Source: Paraspadella gotoi
Lineage: Eukaryota > Animalia > Chaetognatha
Direction: 5' to 3'
Assembly (NCBI GenBank): GCA_051294375.1
Contig: CM119269.1
Span: forward strand, 4,980,686 to 5,044,685
DNA length: 64,000 nucleotides
In this document: positions 51,401 through 64,000 of the stretch, piece after piece
How the letters are laid out: every line of letters starts with the position of its first letter
How positions within the stretch are numbered: position 1 is the stretch's first letter
Notes under the pieces: model-generated
Database searches by the model: none
Told to the model about the DNA's origin: nothing
Seen by the model: only the letters and a program-made list of their open reading frames with translations
Position numbers and translations under genes: made by a program

Positions 51401-52009
51401 GGAGGAAAGGGAAAAAAAAATCATCAAAGATGCAGGGCTGCTCGATTCGCGCCTGCGAGACTCCAACTCTCATCGTCCAAGGTGGAATTTATTACTTTTC
51501 GTTACTTACGTAGATCGTCGTCGTCGTTACCGTCGTCGTCGTCTTCGTAGTCGTCGTTGCTGTCGTCGCAATCGTCGTCGTCATCGTCGTAATCGTCGTC
51601 GTTTTTGTCGTCCCACTCATCGCTTCCACGTCCTTGAGACTCCCGCTCATCATCCTCCTTTTCTCCCCTCTCCCTTCTTCCTTCTTACTCCATCATACTC
51701 CTTTTCCTCCTCCTCCCCCTCCTCCTCCTCCTCCGCCCAGTCGCCTGCTTCCAAAAGATCATTAGAGGAGAGTTCATGGTCAAAAGACTGAGTTGTTAAG
51801 GGGATCGACGTGATCGAGAAATATCCGGCAAAGATTCCGGCAAAGAACCCGGCGAAGAACTTGACGAATATCTCGGTAACGATCCAGCGCAGGTCCCGGC
51901 GAAACTCGTTGTTGATCTGTAGCCAGATCTTCTCTCGATAGGGTGAGCTATATGGTTTCATAATTTCTTTACCGATATCAAAGCGATCTTATAGCTCCTC
52001 TCTCTCTTT

Positions 52010-52091
<82 letters not shown>

Positions 52092-53019
52092 GTCGCGATG
52101 CCTTGAATTTTATCGGCGCCAAACGCGCGTGAATTTTCGATAAACGTACGTTAACATATCACATTCCTCCTCGTAAATAACAACGAGTGCAGAGGGAGAA
52201 GCGGGCGAAGGGGAGAAGGGAAGCGGGGAAGCGGGGAAGTGGGATGAAAGAGCGAGGTAGTTGCAGATCGGGAGAAAGGGAAGGGAGACATTTAACATTT
52301 AACATTATTGGAATGGGTCATCGCGGAAGGGAAAAAAAGGATTAAGTGAAGAAGGAAATCGGGATTACGGAGAATAATAATCTCTCTCTTTTTTTGGCAC
52401 GTCGCGTCGCTTCAGTCTTCAGTCTAAGAGCGCGAAGATTTCTTTTCTTTTTCGACGTCACAATCTCAGGCGATGAGCAAACATTAAAAGAAGATAATGG
52501 TTTTCATCGCCGGCGAGAACTGTGAAGATGTGAAGTTCAAAGAAAACAGTGAGAATTACGAGCGGAGTGATGATAACAAAACTACTCAAAAGAGTATAGA
52601 AAATTAATTTACTAATCCATGAAACAGAAAATTCAAAATATTAATTTCAAAAAGCGTAGGGTTTATGATTGATAAATAACTGATTCATAAACTCATTTAT
52701 TCGTTCAAATGTACTGACTCCATTCCTTGTCATACTTTTGAGAAATATAAGTCAACGTCCCGGAAACACTTAGAAAAAACATTATCGTNNNNNNNNNNNN
52801 NNNNNNNNNNNNNCTTCTCTCTCTCTCTCTCTCATATCTTCTCGTTTCTCTATCTCTCTCTTTCTCTCTCTCTCTTCTCTTCTCTCTCTCTCTCTCTCTC
52901 TCTTCTTCTCTCTCTCTCATTCTTCCTCTTCTCTCTCCCTCTTCTCGGTTTTGTCTTTACTTTATTATGGCGTTCTCTCTTCCCTCTGTCCAGTCTTGGA
53001 GCTTTTTTCCTCTTAACTT

Positions 53020-53074
<55 letters not shown>

Positions 53075-53639
53075 TCTCTCTCTCCTCTCTTCTCTTCTCT
53101 CTCTTTCGCTGTGCATTTTCTTTCTTTCACCCTTTCTCCTCTGTCCGCAAAGCGTTCTGTCCAATTCATAAATAGTTTCAATGGTTTCTGACGGCCCACG
53201 TCTCCGCCTTAATCTGAAATTAACCGATACTTGGACTCTGACAGTGCGGCTCTCGCACACGCCAAAAATAAGAAAACGAGAGAGAGTAGATGATAGTAAG
53301 GGAAGGAATTGTAAGCTAGCGAGATGGAGAGAGAGCAAGAAGACGAGAGGGAAGATGAGAAAAGAAATACAAAGCGGCGAGCCATCTTTGGAGATGGAGG
53401 GCACGAAACAAAAAAAACCATCATGGCGCAGTTGGGACGAGCATTAGTCCAGTTAAAAAAAAAGCACAAGAGGACGAGAGAGAGGAGAGAGGAGATGAGC
53501 AGAGAGGAGACGAGATCAGAGAGAGAGACAGAGAAAGATGATGAGAGTAGAGAGGTAGAGAAGTAACAATTTTTCCATCTTGAAATTTTTCTGCAGGAAA
53601 ATTAATAAAACAGATGACATTAATCTCTCTCTTCTTGGG

Positions 53640-53815
53640 CAACCTTGCGAGGGAAAGGGCCGGAGTGCTAATGAGAAAAGAAGGCCAATGAGAGGGCGTC
53701 CTTGTGAAGGAAAGGGCCGGAGTGCTAATGAGAAAAGAAGGGCAATGAGAGGGCGACCTTGTGAGGAAAAGGGTCGGAGTGCTAATGAGAAAAGAAGGGC
53801 AATGAGAGGGCGACA
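53640..53815 (+). repeat. 57-bp tandem repeat x3, with degenerate inverted copies at about 54040-54320
   Basis: Unit ccttgtgaaggaaagggccggagtgctaatgagaaaagaagggcaatgagagggcga. Reverse-complement fragments ttctcattagcactcc and gtcgccctctcatggccttctttt lie downstream. Confidence 0.85.
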
Positions 53816-54744
53816 TCACCAGTCAAAGGGCGGGAGGATTGATGGCGATGATTTGCGAAAAGATAACGAGTCAGGAATGAATCGCGCAGAAGAGACGAGA
53901 CGAAATAGTGGGTGGAAAGGGGGGCGTGTGGATAACCTTGGCTAAAAGGCATTTGTCTATTAGGCTGGAAATGGATCTCCATTGCCCTTCTTTTTCATTA
54001 GCCTCCGCATTTGGCTGGCGAATTTCGATCTCTCATATTATGTCTTATTCTCATTAGCACTCCTTCCGCTCTTTCGCTGGCAAATGGTCGCCCTCTCATG
54101 GCCTTCTTTTCCTCATTTGCAATTCTTGCCTCTGGATACTTTCTCTCTCATTACCCATCTTCTCAGAAATCCAACGAGACCATTTTCGGGCTATCTATTT
54201 TCTTCATCAATCAATCTAGCACTGGCATAATGCGTATTTTCGACTAGGCGCTCTCACATTTCGTAGGACCACTCGAATTGAACCCTCTCACATAAGACCT
54301 TACTCACATTAGCACTCTCTTGTCCCCCCCCATGCCGCCCCCACCTCATCAGCCCTAACTTTTTCCCCGGCCACGCCAGCTCACCTTCCGACGACTACGC
54401 GTCCCCCAACCTCAGAGCGATCGTTTCCTTTCGGTTTCCCCGTCGGCGGTCGTCTGCTCCACCTTCGAATCTATCGTTGCGGTCGCGCGGTTCGCTATAT
54501 GAAACTTTCATTTCGATTCATTTTGCTCTTTTTTTTTTCCTTTTTATTCCATCCGTGTAGCGTGATGGGAGATTTGATTCGACCGTCCTTTTTTTTTTTA
54601 TTCGGATGTTAGTCACGCATGCAAAGCGAGAAATTCGGTTCAACTTCGGGGAGACTTTTTTTTGAACGGAAAGGAAAATGATGGTTTCTAATGGTGAGCG
54701 CTGTCTTTTGTTCTCGCGGATGCAGCTTTGCAGTATTTTTAATG

Positions 54745-54980
54745 TGTGCGGGCGCCGAGTAACTCGCGGATGAAGATGCTCTAAGTCACTCTTCGGACGG
54801 TCTGTCGGTCGTCCCATCGGTATGTCCGTCTAAGGGGACAGCTAGCGCGCCCGCCTATCAGAAATTCCTAAAACTATAAAGAATAAAAGACATAATCTTT
54901 GATTCAGTGCTTACATAAATTACTCGGTAAAAAAAACGTTTTTTAGTCATGTCACGGTCATGCCATGTCATATAATGTGA
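54745..54980 (+). mobile_element. Family A non-autonomous element
   Basis: gcgccgagtaactcgcgg...aagtcact.ttcgg.cggtctgtcggtc...gaaattcctaaaactataaagaataaaagac...tagtcatgtca. Confidence 0.65.
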
Positions 54981-55936
54981 TCAAGAGGGAAAGGCAGGCT
55001 GAAAGTCGATACAAGCGGCGCAAATGGTTGATAGGTTTTAAACTTCAATGATTTTATTTAAGATTAAAAAAAAGAAAACAACTAACCTGGTTCGGCTGTA
55101 TTGTATTCTCATTACAAAACAGGCGTCTCCTGTTACTCATCTCTATTTCCGATCTCTTTCCCTTCGCTCTCCCCCCTTAACCTCCCCCCCTTCCCGATGG
55201 TTGTCCTTAAGTGATAAAGAGACGAAGAGCTTCTCGCAAAGTGAGAGGAAGCGTTTCCGCTAAAAAAATCATTTTCGAGACTATCGATGTAAAGAGTAAA
55301 ACAGCTATACGCCCTGTGACAAATTCAAAAAAAAAATCACCACGACAAAATGGACGTGCGTTTTTAGCGGCGGAGAGGAAGAGAGAGGATGAGAGAGAGA
55401 AAGAGAGGAGTGAGAGAAGAGAGAGAAGAGAGAGAGAGAGAGAGAGGGAGAGCAGGAGAGNNNNNNNNNNNNNNNNNNNNNNNNNTCGAGGGTCTACGAA
55501 AGGTGAGAGCGCCATAGTCGAAAATAGATTGCCAGTGCTAGATTGATTATGAGAAAATAGATAGCAAAATGGCGGGAGAGATGAGAGAGAGAGAGAGAGA
55601 GAGAGGGGAGGAAGAGAGGGAGGGAGAGAGAGAGAGAGAGCGCCTCAACAAGGCCGACTGCTCCTGTATATATCTAGTATGTATGTTTATATATTTCGCT
55701 CTCCTTTTCGAAACATGATAAAAAAATATAATTTTTAACATGACAATTGCAAGAGTCACGCATTTAATTTTTTTTTTTTTTTAAATTTAAAGAAAAAAGA
55801 AAAGAATTCGAAATAAAAAAAAGACAAGTGCCCCGCACTTCGCGCCTCTAGTGGGCGGCGGCGTAAAGATTCATCGGCAAAATGTTATATGGAAATTGGA
55901 AAGGGCAAAGGAAGGCATTTGCTTTTAGCCTCTGCA

Positions 55937-56030
<94 letters not shown>

Positions 56031-56045
56031 GCTTTCTTTCTCTTT

Positions 56046-56944
56046 NNNNNNNNNNNNNNNNNNNNNNNNNNNNNNNNNNNNNNNNNNNNNNNNNNNNNNN
56101 NNNNNNNNNNNNNNNNNNNNNNNNNNNNNNNNNNNNNNNNNNNNNNNNNNNNNNNNNNNNNNNNNNNNNNNNNNNNNNNNNNNNNNNNNNNNNNNNNNNN
56201 NNNNNNNNNNNNNNNNNNNNNNNNNNNNNNNNNNNNNNNNNNNNNNNNNNNNNNNNNNNNNNNNNNNNNNNNNNNNNNNNNNNNNNNNNNNNNNNNNNNN
56301 NNNNNNNNNNNNNNNNNNNNNNNNNNNNNNNNNNNNNNNNNNNNNNNNNNNNNNNNNNNNNNNNNNNNNNNNNNNNNNNNNNNNNNNNNNNNNNNNNNNN
56401 NNNNNNNNNNNNNNNNNNNNNNNNNNNNNNNNNNNNNNNNNNNNNNNNNNNNNNNNNNNNNNNNNNNNNNNNNNNNNNNNNNNNNNNNNNNNNNNNNNNN
56501 NNNNNNNNNNNNNNNNNNNNNNNNNNNNNNNNNNNNNNNNNNNNNNNNNNNNNNNNNNNNNNNNNNNNNNNNNNNNNNNNNNNNNNNNNNNNNNNNNNNN
56601 NNNNNNNNNNNNNNNNNNNNNNNNNNNNNNNNNNNNNNNNNNNNNNNNNNNNNNNNNNNNNNNNNNNNNNNNNNNNNNNNNNNNNNNNNNNNNNNNNNNN
56701 NNNNNNNNNNNNNNNNNNNNNNNNNNNNNNNNNNNNNNNNNNNNNNNNNNNNNNNNNNNNNNNNNNNNNNNNNNNNNNNNNNNNNNNNNNNNNNNNNNNN
56801 NNNNNNNNNNNNNNNNNNNNNNNNNNNNNNNNNNNNNNNNNNNNNNNNNNNNNNNNNNNNNNNNNNNNNNNNNNNNNNNNNNNNNNNNNNNNNNNNNNNN
56901 NNNNNNNNNNNNNNNNNNNNNNNNNNNNNNNNNNNNNNNNNNNN
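56046..56944. other. Assembly gap
   Basis: Run of N. Confidence 1.
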
Positions 56945-59204
56945 AACCCGATTCGACAATGAAACCTTTACCATTTATTTTACTACTCATGACTCGATAG
57001 ATTGATTTTTTTTGTTGTTTGATTGATTGACGGATCTACAATTTTTTAATTCATAGATTCTTTCATGCATTCATTAATTCAATCATTCCATTCATCCATT
57101 CTATTCGCCCCGATCTTCTCGTTTATCTAATCCTGTCTCATTCGTCATTTTTCCGTCATCTCTCGATCCCAATCTCCGGTTGTTCTCTTCTCTCTCGCCT
57201 TCAGCTTTTCCTCTCCTCCGCCGTTCGAGTCTCGTCTTAATCTTAATCTTAATCTCTTTTTTCCTTAATCTTTCTTTTTTACTTTAATCTTTCTTTTTTA
57301 CTTTAATCTTTCTTCTTTTTTTTCTTTAAATAATTCGCGACTCCTTTTCTTTTTTCCCCCTTTTTTTTTTTTTTTGACGAAACGTGGACCGCGCGAGGTA
57401 ATTCACTTTTCTTTTAACATAACGAAATAATTGGAACGTAAAAGTCCAATTTGGCAATTAGCGTTGGTTCTTATAACCTTTCAGAAGAAATCAACTGTCT
57501 CTTTTCTTACTATTTTTAGCTTCGAGTTTTCTCAAACTTCCTCTACTTCGGTTCCATCGTGAACTCACCTTTCTCCCTCCCCCCCCCAGACTCCCAACTA
57601 TTTTACTCTCATTCGTCTTTATCCCGAGTGACGCTCTCCGTTACACAGTAAATCCTATTTCACTAACTTCCGTCCTCCTCCCACATCTTTCCTCCAATTT
57701 CTCACCGTCCTCCTCCTCCTCCTCCTCCTCCTCCTCCTCATTTCCCTTCCCTGCCCTTTTTTGCTCTGTTCAATTTCGCAACTAATTTGCGATTTCCGTC
57801 TTCTGTCTCTTCGTTCGGGAAATTTCCCCTTCTTTTAGGCTTCGAAAGGAAATCTCCCGGTTGAGATGTTCTCGGGTTTTTTTTTGGGGGGGGGGTTTGC
57901 CGGGAATATCCGGCGAAGACGCATCCTAATCTAATTTGGTGGTTGAGGAGTTTTTTATTTGAAAGAAGATCGGCAGCTGATAGGTCACTTCCATCACACG
58001 TGAGAACTTTAGCTAATTGTGTCTCAAATTTTTGTTTTAAATATGTAAAAAAAAATGGGATTATTTTAATTTTTAGAGTTTTTTATTTTAATTTTTGAAT
58101 AAAGTTGTGTGGACGCAACGAGCTTTAGAGTAAGAATGATTTTATTCTTCAACAAGGTTAATAACATGAACAGTCAAAAGGCTCAGATGCTAAGTCTACT
58201 GGTTGTACTCGTTATACCAATTTCATAAGAATGGTATTTATAAGTTCACCGTTTGACCATAAAGAGAGAGCAAAACAATCGAGGGTAAGGTTTAAAGTAA
58301 GGTCAATGGTTTGACCGAGGTTGCGTCTTATTCGTCCACATAAGCTGTGCATAAGCTAATCATTTTTTTTGCCAGACTTAGCATATGCATAAAATAATCT
58401 CGGTGAATCTCGATAGCCGGAGATACATTACGAAAAAGTTAACCTTCAGGATTTCATTTGTTGAACCGCTTGGAAATTCTTGGCGCGGGACAATCGGTTT
58501 CTGGTTTTTCCGGTTGAAAGGAAACGGACCCGAGGGAAACGAGTAAATGGACGAACGGAGAAGCATGAATGGTTTCCTAACGTGGACGTTCGAATGTACA
58601 TGGATTTGTATTGAAACGTCAAGCGCTGATGATGGCTCGAAATTGTGAGCCGAAACATGTCTGCTTTATCATAATTAAAATCGTTGTAAAAAATTCCAAA
58701 AACTTTTCTAATCTCATACAACAACGAAAGAAAGAATTATACCATGAAACTAAACTAAAAATAAAAATACAGAGATACGGACAGAAATAGACAAAAATAC
58801 GTCGGACTGACAGACGCTCATATTGGTGCCTTAAACAGCAGCCACCACCGTGGCCGCAGCCGCCGTGCGGAGCAGCAAAATACTAAGATTTCCTTTTCGC
58901 TCTACTCACGATCGAGCGAGATTCGTTTACAATTCGAGATGACGACGAAGAATCACGTGAATTCGATTCGAGTCGCGTGAATGACTGGCGCCCCTGCCTC
59001 TCCTGCCCCTGCGCCATTTCACCCTCTAACGGTGGGGCGTGTCCCCCATCAAGGCAATCGTCGCGTCGGGCATCTAAGGACGAATAATAGGATCAGAGGT
59101 TCAACGAAAAATATTCGTTTGGAGAAAGCAAACGCGTAGCAGAGACCATTGCGCCAGGTTAAGAACAGACCGAATTTATGTGAGCTAATGGCGTCTGGGG
59201 AAAC

Positions 59205-59250
<46 letters not shown>

Positions 59251-59649
59251 GAGAGAATATCTAGGTCATAACAAGTTTCGTCCCATTGAGTTAGCTAATC
59301 AAATACGTCTTTATCAAGGGCGCAGTTAGCGTCGTGACAAAAGTTTAATTTGTAATTTTAAAAAATCACTAATTAGTAATAAATTGTAAATCTTGCAATA
59401 GTGGATACGACAGTTTCTTAAACAGCGCCATAATAGCGGCCGGGTCCGAATTTCCGAAAAGCAAGGAAACTGACGAAAAAATCTTTCGGACATTCTGTGA
59501 ACACTTGGAGGCCGTCCATACTTTCAGAGGGACGATGCCTCTGGGTCATTTCAATAAAATCATTTATGAAAACGACACTGCCCATTTTATTTTACTTCAG
59601 TGCTAGATTTTGAAATTACAAATACATATACAAAACAAAAGACTGAGTT

Positions 59650-59885
59650 TTTAGTTGCGCCGCGAGTACTCGCGGAGCAACTCCATAAGTCACTTTTCGG
59701 TCGGTGTGTCGGATGTGTCGGTGTGTCGGTGTGTCGGATCTGCTATGTCATAATCTTGTAAAATTGATGGTTGTACCAATTTCAAATACACAGGCTAAGC
59801 AAGTTATTTAGTCATGTCGCGTCATGTCATGTCACAACATGTCATATCATGTCAAGATAACACATTGGATGAACCGATCATGTTA
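59650..59885 (+). mobile_element. Family A non-autonomous element
   Basis: ttagttgcgCCGCGAGTACTCGCGG (16-bp palindrome), (gtgtgtcg)n, tagtcatgtc(atgtc)n, cattggatg. Confidence 0.65.
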
Positions 59886-60499
59886 ATTAAAAAAAAGTGA
59901 AAAAATACGGAAAATTAATAGATAAGTGTTGAGGTCATTTGTCATAGGAAATGCAGTTTCAAAATAATTTTCACAACGATATACTAATAAAAAGCTACTT
60001 TTTAACCTGTATCGTTTTTAAACATGCAAATAAATAATGAGCGCTGGTAGAATCAAAAATATTAAGCTCGAAAAACGCCCAAAATTAAAAAAAGCACAAG
60101 GCAAGATTTTTGAATAAAGCCGCTTATAAAGTATTCTTTTTGATAATCTATTTTTCTAAATTTGTTTACAACCTGATTAGTTTTAAATTCATAAATTCCT
60201 AACCTTTCTTGTTTTATTTTTTACTTCTTCCTTTCTGCGATCCTACTCCATGCCTCAGGCATTGCATCTGCTTTACCCTCGAGCCTGTCCCTTCCCCATT
60301 CCCCTCGAAGAAACCGCCTTGGCTTCGCTTACGAGGCGAATGATCGCGACCGCAAGAAAATGCGGAAAAGTGCGGCGTGATTCGTGAGAGAGAGAGAGAG
60401 AGAGAGACAGAGAGAGAGAGAGTAAGTGAGAGAAAAAAAACAAGAACGGTCATTTCAATGTATTGCGTCGCAGTGATTTTATTTTCACGTGTCTTTCCC

Positions 60500-60700
60500 T
60501 TTGGTCATATGATATGACATGACATGACTAAAAAACTTTCTTTGCCCTTGTATTTATGACTTGCACTGCAGCAAAATTCTGTATAGTTTTAGGAATTCCT
60601 GAATTCGCTAGCAGTTCTTATTTTTAACGTAATTGGACCGACAGACTGACAGACCGACCGAAAAGTGACTAATAGAGTTCCGCGAGTACTCGCGGCGCAC
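60500..60700 (-). mobile_element. Family A non-autonomous element, inverted
   Basis: Reverse complement of the family A blocks: atgacatgacatgactaa, tagttttaggaatt, gaccgacagactgacagaccgaccgaaaagtgact, ccgcgagtactcgcggcgca. Confidence 0.65.
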
Positions 60701-61974
60701 CTAAAAAGATAGAGAGAGAGAGCGCTGGAGTAGGGGAAAATAGAGAGAGCGACTTGGAGCAGAGTAGAAAGGGAGAGAGAGAGCGAGCTGGACTAGGGAA
60801 AAATGGAGAGAGAGAGAGAGCTCTTCTCTCTCTCCTCTCCTCCTCTCTCTCTCTCTCCTCTCTCTCTCCTCTGTCTCTCTCTTCTCTCATCTCGATCTCA
60901 CCCTCTTGTTTCTTCTATCTTCAGATGTATTATTTTTCATAGTTAAAACCATAAGAGAGAGAGAGAGAACCTTCTGGGCGACGAGGGTCGAAGAAAGTTT
61001 TGATTGAATTTCATTTTCTTCCGATTTATCCATATATCCTTTCGTTTTATATTTTATATTTTTTTTAGATTTAAAGATGACATAAATTACTATCTGATTT
61101 ACATTTTTATGCTATGATTAATATTTTTCGGAGCAAAACAAGTTTTATTTCTTTTATTATATTTATCCACTTTCTGTTTCTCACTTTCCCTTTCTTCTTC
61201 TTTTTCCCTTTTTTGTCACCTTTCCATCTTTTTCCCCCCATTATCATTTAATCACCCTCTTGATATTCTCTTGCTCACATTAGGTTTTCACGATACTTTT
61301 TTCATGTCTTTTCCATTTCCATTTTCTAAAGTATCTCTTCGTTCTTCACTTAGTTTCTCATTTAGCTTCCGTCATAATTATATCCATCTTCTCACTTTAT
61401 AGAATAAATTCCCTATCATACATGATAGTAGTGATTTGGCTTTTTTTCCTATTTTTATATATTTTTTTCCACAACTCCCATATTTTAAATTTTTTTTTAA
61501 ATTTTTAGTATCATTCTGCATTCATCTCTTTTTCCTTCCTTACCTCGTACCTTGTTGTATCTCATCATTCCATTTAATCCCCATTCTCTCTAACTTACCT
61601 CTTCATTTCTCACCACGCCCACGCCCACGATCATCCATCTCCTTCTCTTTTTTTTCAAGTCAGTCCGTTCAATCTCATTTTTCTCATTCCATTTCCTCAC
61701 CCTCTCCATTTTTCTCATTCCATTTCCTCACCCTATCCATTTTTCCCTTTCCCCAGTTTTTCCATTAACCCGACGTCACTTTTCGCGGTTTATTTATTTT
61801 TTTTTGGGTGGGGCGGGTTGGTGGAACGAGATGGAATCATTGGGGTTGAGACTTGAGAGGTTTGGGAGAGAGATGGAATCATTGGGGTTGAGTAGGTTTG
61901 GGTGACAGATTGAATCTTGGCCTTGAGAGGTTTGTTAGAAACAAATTGACGCTTGGGATAGTCACATGAGATCT

Positions 61975-62040
<66 letters not shown>

Positions 62041-62713
62041 AATGATTAATTTTTTTCAAATGATTAATAGCGTCAAAAAAGTTTGACTCCAAAAGAATTC
62101 AAGTTTTCTAAACAAAAACTAAAAAGAAAGAAAATCCAAAGTTAAATCTTTCCCTTCTTTGCCTTTTTTATTAATGGGACAGTTATAATCAAGTCGAAAA
62201 TGTAAATTTGTGTCGGGATTGAAACTTTTTTAAATTGGTGCCGAAAAAAAAGTGACACGGTGGCAGAAGCATAACATTATCATTAATTAATTCAAATTGA
62301 CATATAAAAGTTGTAAGTTCCAACAACTGTGAAATTCAATGAATTTTTTTTACCTAACTTAGTAATAAGTCGACTTTGCTATAAAAAATCTATAAAAAAA
62401 AGGCTCTTTCATGATATTTAATAATTTGATTCTTGTAAGAAAAATAAAGAGTGTGAGAGTTTGACCGAGAGACAAAGTGAAAGCAAAAACTGACTGACGG
62501 ACAGCATTCGAGTGAGAGAAAATTCCCGTCAGTTTTGGTGACGTCTGTTTAAGCTCCGGAGGCGAGGGGTTCCTTTTTCGCTCCATGGAAGACGGATGGC
62601 GTTCTGGAATCATGGCGTGGAATTGTGGCATCGTGCCTCCAATCAGGATAAAACACAACGTTTTTTCTCGCGCGGAAAGCGAAGAGAGAGAGAATTTCCG
62701 AGATTTATTTGAT

Positions 62714-62754
<41 letters not shown>

Positions 62755-62768
62755 ACTCTCTCTCTCTC

Positions 62769-62838
<70 letters not shown>

Positions 62839-63308
62839 AATTTTAATAATTTCTTACATTTTCTCGTAAGTATATTTTATAATGGTTGAGGGTAATTTAG
62901 TGCGCATAATTTATCGTAATGATAATTAAATTCATTTTGGTGGTAAAATCTGAATTAAAAAAAATAGAATGTTATGAGAATGCAGAGGATTCTCAAAAAA
63001 CATTTATGAACTTTGAACGCGCAGAATTATTGATTATTTTCCTTATGCTTTGGCGATTTTTGAGTAACTTGCTTTGTGCAACAAAGTCGTTTTAAACGAG
63101 CCAGTTTATATCATTTAAAAAAAAACTATGACAGAAAGAAAAGAAGAGAGAAACAAAACTAAATTAAAAAAAGATAACAAAAAGAAAAAGATAAAAGCAG
63201 AGAAGAGAAGAGAAGAGAAGAGAAAGAAGGAAAAAGCAGTTTGAGGGAAAAGCAAACGCTGCTGATGGCTTATGCTGATGAGGAGGACCGACGTAGGATA
63301 GAGAGAAA

Positions 63309-63469
<161 letters not shown>

Positions 63470-64000
63470 GAGAGAGAGAGAGAGAGGAATTGAGATTCTA
63501 AAAAAAAAGACTGATGCACAAATAACCGAAACGCAACACCCTCACGCAACATTAGATAATCACTCAAATTAAAGGGGGACTGGAATTAATGGAGGAAAAA
63601 TGCGGGACCGTTCGAGGGAGGAGCTTGTTAGAGGAAAGAGAGAATTGAATAAGAGAAAGAAGAGAGGAAAGGAAAGTTGGAAGAGGAGGAAAGGAGAGGA
63701 GCAGATAGAGTAGGCAGTAGAGAAAGAAAGAAAAGAAAATGAAGAAGGAAACGTGGGAAATAACAGGATGTGGATAATGAAAAAATTAAGTATGTGATGA
63801 AGGTAGATAAATAAAAAAAAAGGAAAAAGGAAGGGAGGAAAAAAAAAACAAGTTGTGAAAAATTTAATTTAAAAAGTAAGAGGCGAAGAAGGAACTGACA
63901 GTAAGAGGAAAAAATGGGCTGATTAGGAAAAAGAAATAGGGGACCCTCTTTTTCAAAGGGAGATTCGGACGAGGGGAGGAAGAAAAAAAAAGAAAAGCGG

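Noticed and set aside
53640-53815. CRISPR-like array (also 1752-1884 and 46222-46505)
   Set aside because: Head-to-tail tandem units without unique spacers, in a eukaryotic context with no cas genes.
55848-57000. ORFs of 350-380 aa (also 28373-29220)
   Set aside because: They run through N gaps and AG repeats.
62498-62658. Candidate first exon on the minus strand (MPQFHAMIPERHPSSMERKRNPSPPE...|gtcagt)
   Set aside because: Plausible, but there is no homology and no downstream exon could be linked.

Overview
Animal (probably invertebrate) nuclear DNA: AT-rich introns, GT-AG exons, abundant (AG)n microsatellites and several N gaps. Some stretches (about 13.6-26 kb and 30.5-36 kb) have frequent single-base indels and look like unpolished long reads. 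Genes were reconstructed by hand from splice sites. (1) A complete 5-exon guanidinoacetate N-methyltransferase (GAMT, minus strand) with a GC-AG first intron and a strongly base-paired element in its 3' UTR. (2) Trimethyllysine dioxygenase (TMLHE-like) exons on both sides of GAMT, with the terminal exons upstream of the first exon. (3) A class A 7TM GPCR present twice: a colinear, 3'-truncated minus-strand copy (about 20.6-26 kb), and a plus-strand copy cut into blocks that tile the gene almost exactly but lie largely in reversed order with 4-5 nt overlaps. (4) A frameshifted SH2 + tyrosine-phosphatase (SHP2/corkscrew-like) gene that the ORF track misses. (5) A 994-aa PH-domain protein with a long low-complexity tail and a candidate cassette exon inside the PH domain. 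There are also two families of non-autonomous interspersed elements, minisatellites and CCAAT/E2F-rich promoter-like regions. The scrambled GPCR is the most unusual structure, but an amplification or assembly artefact is at least as likely as biology.
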